From: Mytilus californianus
Taxonomy: Eukaryota
Length of the DNA: 64,000 nucleotides
Direction: 5' to 3'
Assembly (NCBI RefSeq): GCF_021869535.1
Contig: NW_026262678.1
Span: forward strand, 620,001 to 684,000
The translations under genes and the position numbers were made by a program. The notes beneath the pieces were generated by a model. It had not been told where the DNA came from, ran no database searches, and saw only the letters and a list, made by a program, of their open reading frames with translations. Positions 1 to 11,949 of the stretch are shown here, piece after piece (position 1 is the stretch's first letter; the number at the start of each line of letters is the position of its first letter).

Positions 1-864
1 TGAAGTATAACACATTTGAAGTTCGCATTTTGTTCTAGATGACGGCCCTTGGATTTTAAAAAAATCAGGAACATTGATCTTATCCGAGGTCTTTTATACC
101 GGCAGATATAAACCTGACATATATTTTTTTAAGTTTAATGCACATGATGACACGCAGAATGATATTTTAGTTCGTTCTATCTGACAAAATTTTCACGGAA
201 TTATAGCTCTTGGACTTCATAAAAATGTGCATGTCTCAACCTTTTTGTCGTGCATAACAATTGTCTAAAGATAGAAAGAGAATATCAAAACTCAAAAGTC
301 AAAGAGAGGCAAAAACCACAAAAAAAACGCAAAAAAAAACCCAACAGATAACAAAACTCTACATGAATGCAAAAGATGAGGAAAACAACACAAACCACAC
401 CAGAAATAAAGATGAATACGGGTTCTCAGAAACGGTTCAAATATGCTGTCTTGATGTGATATCCATCGTGTTGTCACAATTAGGAAAAAAGATGGAAGTG
501 AGGCTACGACAATTAAAAAAACATATCCATGATTATCTGTGACGTGGATAGTGCATAACGGTCAACCAACACATGATTGCATCCGTAAAACATTTCACGG
601 GACGATTAAACTTTACTATTTATAGGCAAGCATTGGTTTAGAAACTTCTTTGTCAGCTGCACGTCTTTATCGTGGAAACCATGATAGAGATTGCAAGGTC
701 TGGATATCGCATCAACGGAGACATATCGCGTATAATGATGGGACACAGATCCCGTTTGCGTTTCTGCATGCTTAAAATGTTTAGATCTTTTTTCTCTTTG
801 ATCAATAGGTATGTTTTTTAAACATTTTGAAATGATTGGAACACACTATTTTTCAATCCTATAG

Positions 865-1142
865 GACTTGGCAAATTAGAAAGGGAACAGTGTCCTTTAC
901 CTCAACATATAAGAAGGCTTGCAGCTTTACTCCCTCTCGTTGAGTGCCGTGAAATAGCAATTTTGCTAGGGTTCCAAGTTGAAGAATGGAATGATTTAGA
1001 GTACCGATTCCAACACCAGCCTCCAAATGATCTAAAATTCATGGCATTATGGTCGTGTACAATAAAGAACAAACATTTCAGTTTCGAAGGTTTGATTAAT
1101 CTTTTGGAAAAGAAAGGACGGGGTGCACATATACTTTGCCAG
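865..1142 (+). CDS. Exon encoding death domain 1 of a tandem death-domain protein (upstream exons not identified)
   Basis: Acceptor tcctatag|GA at 864/865 and donor CAG|gtaaac at 1142/1143. Open frame LGKLEREQCPLPQHIRRLAALLPLVECREIAILLGFQVEEWNDLEYRFQHQPPNDLKFMALWSCTIKNKHFSFEGLINLLEKKGRGAHILCQ has the death-fold pattern (LA..L......+A..LG....+....+.......L..W). Confidence 0.8.
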
Positions 1143-2153
1143 GTAAACATAATCTTAGCTTTTCACAGTTATGGCGTTACATTGAAATGCATAGTGACAA
1201 TTGATTACTGCATAAGATATGGGACTACACACTAATTAAACATCACATTACTCGATTACAGGAAACAACACACGTGTATCTGCATAATTTAAGGAACGGT
1301 CCGGAAACTAAAATACGGACTTTCATTCGACATATTCTGTTATACGGTCTAGGTACTAAGATACTATGAGAAAATCCTCATTACGGTAATTGGTCCGGTT
1401 TCTGAAACACGTTTTCCTGATAGAAGTGTTGTGCATTGTGTTGATGACAGCACTTTGCAAATCATTATTGCATCTAACAGTGTTCATATCGTTATTTAGA
1501 CATATAGTCGATCGTGTCCTTGTGACGTTAAAAATTTGCATTTACGCCATTTATGCGCCACTCAGCCATTCCAAAATTACAAAATAATTTCAGGAACATC
1601 TTTAAAACAATATGGTAGGTAACAATTATTTACAAAGATTGCCTACAATCCATTCGAAAAGCATATGCAGGTAAACTTACGGTCTTGAACAACAGACACA
1701 TGTCTCTAAACTATATTCATGAAGGTATTGTTTCCATTTAAGCTATTATTGGTACATTAGTAAATTCTTGAAAATAAGTAATGTGTTATCACAAAAGAAA
1801 GAAAATAAATCTGTGACCGATGTTGCACAGAGGATCGGATTGCGAACAGTCATAATTTTAAAACCAAATAAAAACAGATCAAACCATTATTCAACGTTAA
1901 ATCAATTGAAATCAAACAACAACCTATTACAACGTTAATATTCCTTAATCTGTAATCTATAAAACACTTTTTCTGTCTGTGTTAGATAAGCTTCATAAGG
2001 TAATCTTTTGATTTGTCGATTGCATGTTTAATACATTAAAGTTTTAGTTGTTTCTACATATATTTTTGTATTGTATTTATATACAGCCTCTATCATTATT
2101 TGCTATAGAAATCTGACTAAATCACAGCGAATATTCATAACGATATATTTCAG

Positions 2154-2184
2154 GTGTTTAGAGATATTCAGATAGATGTATCTG
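2154..2184 (+). CDS. 31-nt linker micro-exon (VFRDIQIDVS) of the death-domain gene
   Basis: atatttcag|GTG...TCTG|gtaaga. It starts in phase 0, matching the previous exon end, and ends in phase 1, matching the next exon start (G+AT = Asp). Confidence 0.8.
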
Positions 2185-3203
2185 GTAAGATGACTCTTTA
2201 TTTCTACTTGGCTTTCTACTTTCTATGTATTTTTTTTTTCAAGTTAAGGCACTTTCTCTACATCTTCCTGAAATTAACGAACTGCACTGAAAAACAGATA
2301 AGATAATATGGGGCAAATGAATTCAACAAATATACATGTAGACAAAACTATGGCATTAAAGAAACAACAACTAATAAATGAACAATAACAAAAAATATAG
2401 CAACATAACCCAACCAAATACCGGAGGTGAATTGAGGTGTAATGGAAAGGTAAGAATTTCGTGCTCATTCAATGGCACTAATCCTGCTATCTTTATAAAT
2501 TATTTAATATCGATATCTGATTCCAATTACCCTCGAATATGTAGTTGCACAGTGACTTTGACGCCAAATTTGATTTGAAAAACAAATATGTAAAATCTTT
2601 AAACTAGGTGAAAGTTATTATGACAAAAAGAAAACTATTGGTTTGGGGTTTACATAATATTGATTGATTGGTGTTCACTTTCAACACTATTTTGGTGTTT
2701 CGTTGCGGTCAGTTTTTTATGAGCGGAAGTTAACATAAGGAGTCACGTGAATACTAGAAAGCAAAACTAAGAATAAAATCATACATCGGGAAAAATAAAA
2801 AAGACAGTAATGATTTTAACTTTAATCAAATGTTCTTTATTCATAACTAAAAGCACTGTTGTTGCGGGTCATTTTGTCTTGGTTCAGCAATCATTAAAAA
2901 CAAAAAATATAATATCAACGATAAAATATTTAAATAATGAAAATGACCAAAGTTATCAACACGAAATTAGTCTAAAAAATGAATCAAACCATGCCAACTT
3001 CTGACTATTTTCTTATTTGTGTCAATTCAAAAATCAATTTCCTGCCGGTTTTTAAAACCTAGCAGTATACGAGACATATTCTAAGTCGACTCAATCTTGG
3101 ATATTCGATCTCTACACTCCAACTAAAGCGAACACACTTATAAAGTCGGTATTATGGGTAAGACGGAATTAATTTGTTATTTCACTTGTATTGATTGTTT
3201 TAG

Positions 3204-3496
3204 ATATGTCAGAAGATACATTGAACATAATTCCATCAATCAATGCACTTAATGATTTGGCAAACCACATCGGAGACAGCATCATGCAACTTGCTATTGA
3301 GTTAGAGATTGATTTATCTCACCTGCAACAGGTTCAATGTGATTTTAAAAATAAACTGCTGGAACAGACAAGAAGAATCTTATTGAAATGGAGACAAAAC
3401 AAATTCCCAAAGCCAACCGTTCTGCGACTTTTGAAAGCTCTTTGTAGGGTCGGAAAATTTGGACCAACGTTCAAAATATTACAGGGTCATTGTTGA
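3204..3496 (+). CDS. Terminal exon encoding death domain 2
   Basis: Acceptor gttttag|AT ATG TCA. DMSEDTLNIIPSINALNDLANHIGDSIMQLAIELEIDLSHLQQVQCDFKNKLLEQTRRILLKWRQNKFPKPTVLRLLKALCRVGK...HC* is a typical death domain (L..LA..+G.....LA.EL......+..+.........Q...+L..WR......T+..L..AL..+G+). Confidence 0.88.
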
Positions 3497-3650
3497 CATA
3501 AACAAGAAAGGATATGTTAGATTAGTTTTGATTGTGTTATATCTGTCTGAACTTTCATTTGTTTGTATTCAATATTACTTCATTAAATTTCGTTCATTCT
3601 GTGTGATTTTTTTCTTTAATCAAAACAAATATGCAAAGTTAAGGAATCTT

Positions 3651-3830
3651 AATAAAGTCAACAGTAGTATACCACTGTTCAAAAGTCATAACTCGATTGA
3701 CAGAAAACAAATCCGGGTTACAAACCAAAACCAAGGGAGACACATCAACTCCAAGAGGAAAACAACGGAAGAACAGAAACACCGAAGTGCCAAAAAAAAA
3801 TAAACAAACGCCAATGCAACATTGCATCAA
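3651..3830 (+). repeat. Dispersed repeat family (aataaaggcaacagtagtataccgctgttc...)
   Basis: Homologous copies at about 7586-7770 (+) and 22280-22470 (-), with short pieces near 17930 and 59935. The ORFs over these copies are look-alike repeat translations. Confidence 0.8.
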
Positions 3831-5116
3831 TTAGAGTAAGTGTTAACAATATTTTATTGTGAAAATATTAACATAAACATTACAATACGACAGTTTTATA
3901 AGAATTTGAAAACGAGTGAATTTTCATTTTTATAAATTCCTCTCCTATATAATACAATTATGACCGACAAAGCTTCACGCAACGAATGGAGTAGCTACAA
4001 CATGCATTTTTTCTTAGAAAAACAGTACAACAACAGTAAAAAACTTGCTAGATACTACTTATAAATTTATACAGTAAAAGAACGATGTTTAAGTTAGGCG
4101 ACAGTAGTAAACTAATGATCAAACATCCAAAAGGAGCGACGCCGGCTGTGTCAACAAATAAGCGTCTCCAGCATCTATCACTCGGTTCAAATAAAAAGGG
4201 ACTTGGGTTTAAATCTGTTTGGGCGCCTGATCTAAAATGAAAGTTATTACTTATGGCGTGTTCAAAAACATTTTAAAGTCTATCAGCAAGTATCGTATAC
4301 GCAGCTTGAAAACCTACGGAATGTCATCGAATGAGTTAAAGATGCAAAATGTTTCCGACGAGTAACCTGTTTGGTCTTTTTCTATTGTCGATTTTTTATA
4401 ATATATAATGCTATGTGTATCAGCCCAACCGAGAAGGAATAAAAAGTAAACCTATCCAAGGCTTTCTTAATTATGTTGATTTTATTGATACCTTTAGCCA
4501 AACAGATCATATGAAAGTTAGAACAGAATAATCGCTTGTAATGTCACTATGACGTCATGAACATGTCGAAACTTACGTTTGTGACTCGAAATGCCATTTC
4601 ATACATAGTATTTGATAAAAATAACTGTGAGGTACAACCTTATCCTTAAACGATATTTCAAGGTAGATTTGTCATGGTACAGGTTTTGCAAAATTGTCAG
4701 ATTGTGTATGCATGTAGGTAATATCAGGAATTCCAAATTGTATGTGATGGAAAGAAAACTATACAATATAATCTAAGATACAACATTTGGTTCAGTCCTT
4801 ATAATGTGATTTGGAAGAAACCAACAAAAAAATGCGCACATGGGACTTTTTCATTCTACAGAACAAATAAGGTGAATGTATAACACATTCATTAGTTATC
4901 TCCCTTTTCATTGGTAAAAATTATAACAAAGTAAAAAATTAAATCCCACAAAAATGTTCTTCATTTCTTATAATAGTCGTTAAATGTAATAAAACATCGT
5001 TGTCTTTCGAATTCATTAGAAAAAAAAGTCGTACGAATTTTAGGTACTTTATGGATTATAGCTCTGTAATGTTGTCGGTCCTTATACATCCTTGGCTTTC
5101 CAATATTCGGCTTTGA

Positions 5117-5158
5117 GCGTTCCTGATGATAACAAATCAAGAAAAACGCTTCGGACGG
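5117..5158 (+). ncRNA. Degenerate type I hammerhead ribozyme motif (second family)
   Basis: gcgttc-CTGATGA-taacaaatcaa-GAAA-aacgct-TC-ggacgg: core boxes are present and stem I gcgttc/ggacg pairs, but stem II is disrupted. Confidence 0.5.
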
Positions 5159-8100
5159 ATGAAATTTATGACGAATTGTTTTCCTTTTTTCCATTCTTCT
5201 TATTTCCTCATCATTCTCTCATCTCACACATTTCATCAAAGATCCAGATCGATTGTGTCATGTTATTTTAAAATCAAAGATGACGGAATGCATTCGATCT
5301 AAATCTAGCATTAACATATTTGTGAAAAAAATATGTTAAGTAAATTATCGTTTTGGGTAACACTGTTGCTCATTTCTAAATAGTAATGACAAAATCTCCA
5401 AATAAGGCTATTTTAGCAGTTTTTGCTGTTTTGTCCTAAATATAACACATGTTAAGCCCTAATGCTATTTTTTACAGAATTATAAAAAAAACTAAAATAG
5501 ATAAATGACAGACTGGTCACTTATTAACTTCTGAACGGTGTTAATTGATAGATGTAAAATACTTTTTATTTGTTCGAATTAAAGATACCAAAACAGAAGA
5601 TTGTCTGATCATACCTGTTTCTGTATACAATATGTTGATAACTGTTACTTCGTTATTTAACTAAATAAGGCTTGGCCGTTATCCATATTAGAAAAAAGTT
5701 TCACTACACATATTTACAGAAAACACAGAATCACATTTAGACAGCTTGTCGCCCGAATATATATGCGTTAAGAGCAAAAATAAACTAGAAAAATAGAAAA
5801 AATATTATAAGTATAGTTTCTATATTTTGTACTTATTTGATATTTATGCTGCCAAATATGATTCAAGATTGTTGTTTTTGTGTATTGGTACACATTTACA
5901 ATCTTCATTCGGCTGTAAAGTAACAGCGACCTTCACGCATGTCAATTTTATAATTTTATAATTTCTAAATTTTCGATATAACTCGATAAAAGTGAGCTGT
6001 ATAGATGGTTTTAGATATTATCATTTATAAGGTGCTCTTCCGATCAACCTTTTTTCCAAGTCTTTAAACATAATGTTTGCGCCATTTTCTGGGTAAATAT
6101 CTGATTTTCTTTTGATGAGTGTGAAAGGACTGTAAAGTACTCTGTTAAAAAATTCAAAAAGGACAAATTAAATTAGCAGTTCTGAGTGTATAAATTTGCT
6201 ATTGAAAATGAAAAGTATATTGCAATTGATTAAAAAGGGAGGTTGTGACAAAAATACGAATACAAAATGTCAATTAGGAACAGGTGAATCAATAAACCCC
6301 ACACATTTAATGAGTTATTGACAGAAATTGTCAATAAAGTTTACATGAAGTTATAGAATATCGATAGGCAGCGGGTTCTGTACAGCATCGGTATAATTTA
6401 CAATATTTTGCAAGCAACATAGAAAAATTGTCGAAGCTAGTAATAGCTATTACGTTTCGTTGTCTTCTGTTACACAGATTGCAGGTTTTTTATATCTCCT
6501 ACGACGAAAGTCGATAAATAGAGACATAATAAAATAGAAAAATGGTGGCGGCGGCAACGTCGACTATTGCTTGCATAGCTTATATAAATAATGTCTTTAA
6601 GGATAGATGATCTGGATGATTCATATCTTGTATATAGGTGTGTGTGTGTGTGTGTTACGAAGTATAGTGGGTCTGGTTTATGTCAGAATGAGTCTACATG
6701 TCTTTCAGACAGGGTTCATCTTACCTTGACCTCATTTACATTGATCATTGGTAATGTTAATTTTGTGTAATACTTGTTGCATAACCTTTGTTTTAAAGAC
6801 TTTTAACATAATTGCCGTCATTTTTGATAATGGATGCTTGAAATTTCAGCGTGTGCACACGATTTTTGTTTTGTTTTTGTAAACCTAGATATATGACCAC
6901 TAGACATTTGCAAAATATTACAAAGATATTGTTGGCAAAATGGAAAACACTATAGAATATTAATATGGACTGCGGCTAACTTTCCATTCAGCTGCTATTG
7001 ATAATTGAAAAGCCAAATAAAATTGTATGTCGTAATCTTCTTTATCGTTAGTGTTTCTTACAGATCATTCAGATGATGATGACATTTGTCCCCATTTATT
7101 AATTGCCTAACATGAATATGATGGTTCTTTGATCCCTGTGCGTATATTTCCCAAAATTTTCTCTATATGCGTGTCTGTAGTGATGCTATAGATTATAGTG
7201 AACAAAATATAAAACTATTTAATCATTAATATATAGATTTCCTTTCGACAAATTACTGAAAACATTCTTTTCAATAGCTATCAGTAACCGCGAGTACTTT
7301 TATATCAGTTCTTTGTGTTATTGTCTTTATGCTAGTCGTTTTCGTGTTTCCGGCCGAATTGATAAATCCAGTCATTGGCAACTTCTATTTTAAAATTTGG
7401 TCTGTTGTTGTGTTGTCACATCATTGTCCAAGGTAATGAGAGAGTTAAATACTCACAAACATGTTTGACCCAGCCACATTCTGTAAGCGCCTGACCAAAA
7501 CAAGGAGCCTGTAATTCAGGGGTTGTCGTTGGTTGCTCTCTGTTATATCTGATATTTGCTTTTTTTTTGCACGTTTTGTGAAAAATAAAGGCAACAGTAA
7601 TATACCGCTGTTCAGTAGTAATAAATCAATTAAGCGAAAACAAATCGGGTCACAAATCAAAACCGAGGGAAACACATCATCTTTAAGAGGAAAACGACGG
7701 AACAAAAGAATTACTGAACTGATACAAAAAAACAAAACGCCAGCATACATACAAACGGACAATTTGCAAAATCAGACCTCAGTTCTTTTTTTCCTTTGAA
7801 ATATTTTACTTAGTGTCTCGTCTTTTACTATGATGTGTCTGTGACTTAATGTGCGTATATAATGATCTTACAGAATCGTTTTGGTTTAAATAAATTCTGT
7901 TCCCATGAAAAATACCATACAATGTCAATTTGAAACATGGCAAATAGATTGAACATGCAACAATGTGCAAGTTTGGCACACATAGTTCTTTGGCTGCTTA
8001 GGTTTGTTCGGACAAACGGTTTGCAAATTCAGCCTTAAAATAATCTGCAGTTGTGCCTGCTAGTGTATAATATAACAAGAACGCTGGTACATCAATTGTG

Positions 8101-8820
8101 ATTCATACAAATTACTTATATAGAATTGATCTTTTGGGGCTTCCTTAGCCTCTATAAGGCGATTATTCCTGATATCTCTCTTTTTTCTTATCATCGATGT
8201 GCATATTCCGGGTCTTTAACAAGACCGACCAATTTGAATGTTATACTACAATTATAACATATATAACCAACAAATCAATAAAAAAAAGTTACAAGTTTTG
8301 ACGAATCGGCAAATTACATATTCCTCGAAACAAAACAACTATTTACAAACTTAACTGACCATATAAAACATATAAATCATTCATACAACAAACAAGAATG
8401 AGAAATGATTGGCTCCTGTCATAGTTAATACTTTAACAGTGTAAACAGCATAATAGGTAACGACATGACATAATCCGTTTTCAATTATAACAAAAATGTT
8501 GATCTAAATGTGCCTTTAATTGCTTATTTTTCACAGCGAAATAGTAAACACATACAATTAAGCACCAACGTGAACTGTGTATTATTGCCTCAATTAGAAT
8601 AAATAAAATCTTGTGGTGGTACACGTAGTACTTTTGCTTTCGATAAGAATGTGGTTAATTACTTATACTTATACTTATACTTATTCTAAACTTACTCTAA
8701 TGGACGTGTAATGAAATTGTATATTCTCGACGCTGGGGTTGACAAATTAGATTTAAAATATGGCGACTTTGTCAAGACCATTGATTGTGTAATTGTTATC
8801 TTATGAATGAAGTTAACCAG

Positions 8821-10413
8821 TTATTAGGTCTTTCCACTTTTCTGTGGAAAGACCTATTGTATTTGTTCTGATTATTATTATTATTATTTTTTTTTTTTTT
8901 TTCTTCCGCCAAATTTTGTTCTTGCGTTAAATGTTTGTTTCGCAATATGTCGCTTAGATATTTCTCATATTGTATCGTATAGTTTATGCGCTTTTAAATT
9001 TCACCCTGCTAAGCCGAACCATTTTCTTTGCAAGAGTTATCTCCCTATTCACTGTTTATCATCTGTGTGCATCTCCTTCGTAACAAAAAAAGATATCGAC
9101 AAAATTCTTTTTCTAAATTGTTTGTTACATCCTCAGGAATTTTTGCCTAATTTGGATCGAAGCGATCCAGTGAGATCTTAAAGGAATTATCTGCCTTTAC
9201 CAAATTGATTTGTCGTTATGTTTTTGTAACACGTAAACCGTAAGCCGTATAAAAAAAATTTGACCAAAATGTTAGTCGCGACATGATATAACTGGAAAGT
9301 TTTTGTCAAAATGGTACGCGTCATTGTTTTAGGTGTCCCATGCCACTGAAATAGTAAAATGAACAAAATGAACTAATTATAGCCTCAATCTTTGCAGCTA
9401 TCATGATGTATACATGCATCTTATCTTAATTTATCAACCAAGGTCCACCATACTCCACCTCTCTCCCCCCCCCCCCCCCCCTTTTATTTTTTTTTTCTTC
9501 TACTTTGAGGAATCCCATTTCGCCTTGAAGTTCAGTCCTGTACATTTGACTGTAAAAATGCAATCCTTCTGATGTACAAACTTCTTAAATAGAAATTCAT
9601 TCCTGCAAAAATCGGCTCCGATTCATGTTCCCGTTAGACGCGGTCCGCTTGATTGAGAAATAAAATTCATTGACGTAGAAAAATCGTAAATATTGCTGAA
9701 ATCCTACAATCAATTTTTTTAATCATGCATTAAAATACAAATCTGTGCTCCCGTAAACATGTGTACGTAATATGTATGCATGATCCGACATCAATGACCT
9801 GTACAAAATAAAAACAATAGTTATCGTGTTTCTCTGATCAATACACATGTGCTTTGTTCAACGGTCTCCCCTGAAAAGAAAACTCCAGACATATATATTC
9901 GAGCATCACGTGACTCCAAAACATCATCACGCGCGCGGACCTAAATTTAGAATAAAACATTGCATATCCAAATAAGGAAAATAAAACTTCCAAGATAAAA
10001 TTTACTCCGTTTTCCTACAAATTCAATCAAAATGCATACACAACAAATAGATGAACAATGGAAGTCCGAGGTAACATAGAAACTAGAAAAAATTTATAAA
10101 CGAATGATGCTAGGATCATTTTTTATGAGGACATCTCAGGCGTCCGTTTGGCTGTGTGGGATGTATAAGGTACTCAGTCACATTCGGTTAGAATATAGGC
10201 GTTATTTAAGTTAGCTGCGTCGCACAGAANNNNNNNNNNNNNNNNNNNNNNNNNNNNNNNNNNNNNNNNNNNNNNNNNNNNNNNNNNNNNNNNNNNNNNN
10301 NNNNNNNNNNNNNNNNNNNNNNNNNNNNNNNNNNNNNNNNNNNNNNNNNNNNNNNNNNNNNATATTTCGGAGGGGAAAGACCGTTTAACAATTGTTTTTA
10401 AAACAATTGATTT
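8821..10413 (+). mobile_element. Helentron-type non-autonomous element (HINE-like), copy 1, spanning the gap
   Basis: 5' palindrome taggtctttccac-ttttct-gtggaaagaccta followed by an (att)n/polyT tract. A 3' ggaaagacc repeat plus hairpin caattgtttt-t-aaaacaattg lies at 10374-10409. Continuity across the N gap cannot be seen. Confidence 0.6.
10230..10361. other. Assembly gap (N run)
   Basis: 132 consecutive N. Confidence 1.
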
Positions 10414-10512
10414 ATATTGTAAATGTGCACTTTTAACCATTCTAATTTACCATATATATCATAAAATGTCTCACTGTCACACACCCACCTCTTTTCTTTC
10501 CTCTTCTCTCCA

Positions 10513-11949
10513 TTTATTAGGTCTTTCCACTTTTCTGTGGAAAGACCTATTGTATTTGTTCTGATTATTATTTTTATTATTTTTTTTTTTTTTTCTTCCG
10601 CCAAATTTTGTTCTTGCGATAAATATTTGTTTCGCAATATGTCGCTTAGATATTTCTCATATCGATCGTATAGTTTATGCGCTTTTAAATTTCACCCTGC
10701 TAAGCCGAACCATTTTCTTTGTAAGAGATATCTCCCTATTCACTGTTTATCATCTGTGTGCATCTCCTTCGTAACAAAAAAAGATATCGACAAAATTCTT
10801 TTTACAAATTGTTCGTTACATCCTCAGGAATTTTTGGCTAATTTGGATGGAAGCGATTCGATGAAATTTTATAGGAGTTATCTACCTTTATCAAATAAAT
10901 TTGTCTTTATGTTTTTGTTACTCATAAACTGTAAGCCGTATAAACCTATAGTCTTTTTATTTAGGTCCTTATATCCTAACTTCGAAAATGAAGTCAAGGT
11001 CAAAGGTCAAGGTCATGTTCTGAATTTTGTCTTTTGCTGGTTTTTGCATTTTCTCCGATATTTTAAATGTTATATATTAAAGAAGAAGTGCAAAATGTTT
11101 GTTATATTGTGATGAAGATATGATACATTTGGTCTGAGACAATCCAGCGACATCTTATTGGAGTTATTGCCCCTGAAATGTTTTATTTTAAGGTAAATTG
11201 ATTATTACTTCATATTGGTACATGATAAAGCCATAAGATCTTTTGCAAAATGTTGGGTGACATATGACCTTGAAAAATGTCAACCGGAAGTGACCTTGAG
11301 TGAACCGGAAGTAGTCATTTTTGCACTTATTTCATGTAGAAGTACATAGAAACCATATATTTTTTGAATGGTCATACATTAATCTATCATTTGAGACCGG
11401 AAGTGATATTTTATAAACCGGAAGTAGCATATTAACTATCTTTTTACAGGCAAAAGTATATATAAACCATATATTTTTGGAATCAGTGTAAATAAAGCTA
11501 TCATATGAGACCGAAAGTGACATTTTCTAAACCGGAAGTAGCCAATTATCTCCCTTTTTACAGGCAAAAATATATATAAACCATATATTTTTGGAATCAG
11601 TGTAAATAAATCTATCATATGAGACCGGAAGTGACATTTTCTAAACCGGAAGTAGCCAATTATCTCCCTTTTTACAGGCAAAAGTATATATAAACCATAT
11701 ATTTTTGGAATCAGTGTAAATTAAGCTATCATATGAGACCGGAAGTGACATTTTCTAAACCGGATGTTGAAAATTATCTCCCTTATTTCAGGCAAAAGTC
11801 TATAGAAACCATGTTTATTGAATCAGTATGAAGAAACCTATGATTGGACGCCAATAGTAGCTTTGAGTAAACCAGAATTATCTTCTCATTAATTATTTAG
11901 AAAATTGATGTGGAAAGACCTTCAATTGTTCTTTGAACAATTGGTTTTT
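10513..11949 (+). mobile_element. Helentron-type non-autonomous element (HINE-like), copy 2, with internal tandem array
   Basis: Same 5' palindrome and first ~430 bp as 8821-9250. 3' gtggaaagacc plus hairpin caattgttc-ttt-gaacaattg (11923-11943) and a T-run. Confidence 0.8.
11281..11850 (+). repeat. 114-bp tandem repeat, about 5 copies, inside HINE copy 2
   Basis: The anchor accgga recurs at 11304, 11417, 11531, 11645 and 11759. Confidence 0.92.

Noticed and set aside
261-745. 93-aa Lys-rich ORF at 261-542
   Set aside because: It lies in A-rich repeat sequence next to a decayed Penelope-like fragment on the - strand and has no recognisable domain.
10537-11112. 191-aa ORF with hydrophobic N-terminus
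   Set aside because: It is a translation of the HINE 5' module and its low-complexity tract; the duplicate at 8821-9250 does not keep the frame.
11332-11681. ORFs with repeated peptides
   Set aside because: In-frame read-through of the 114-bp repeat inside a non-autonomous element.
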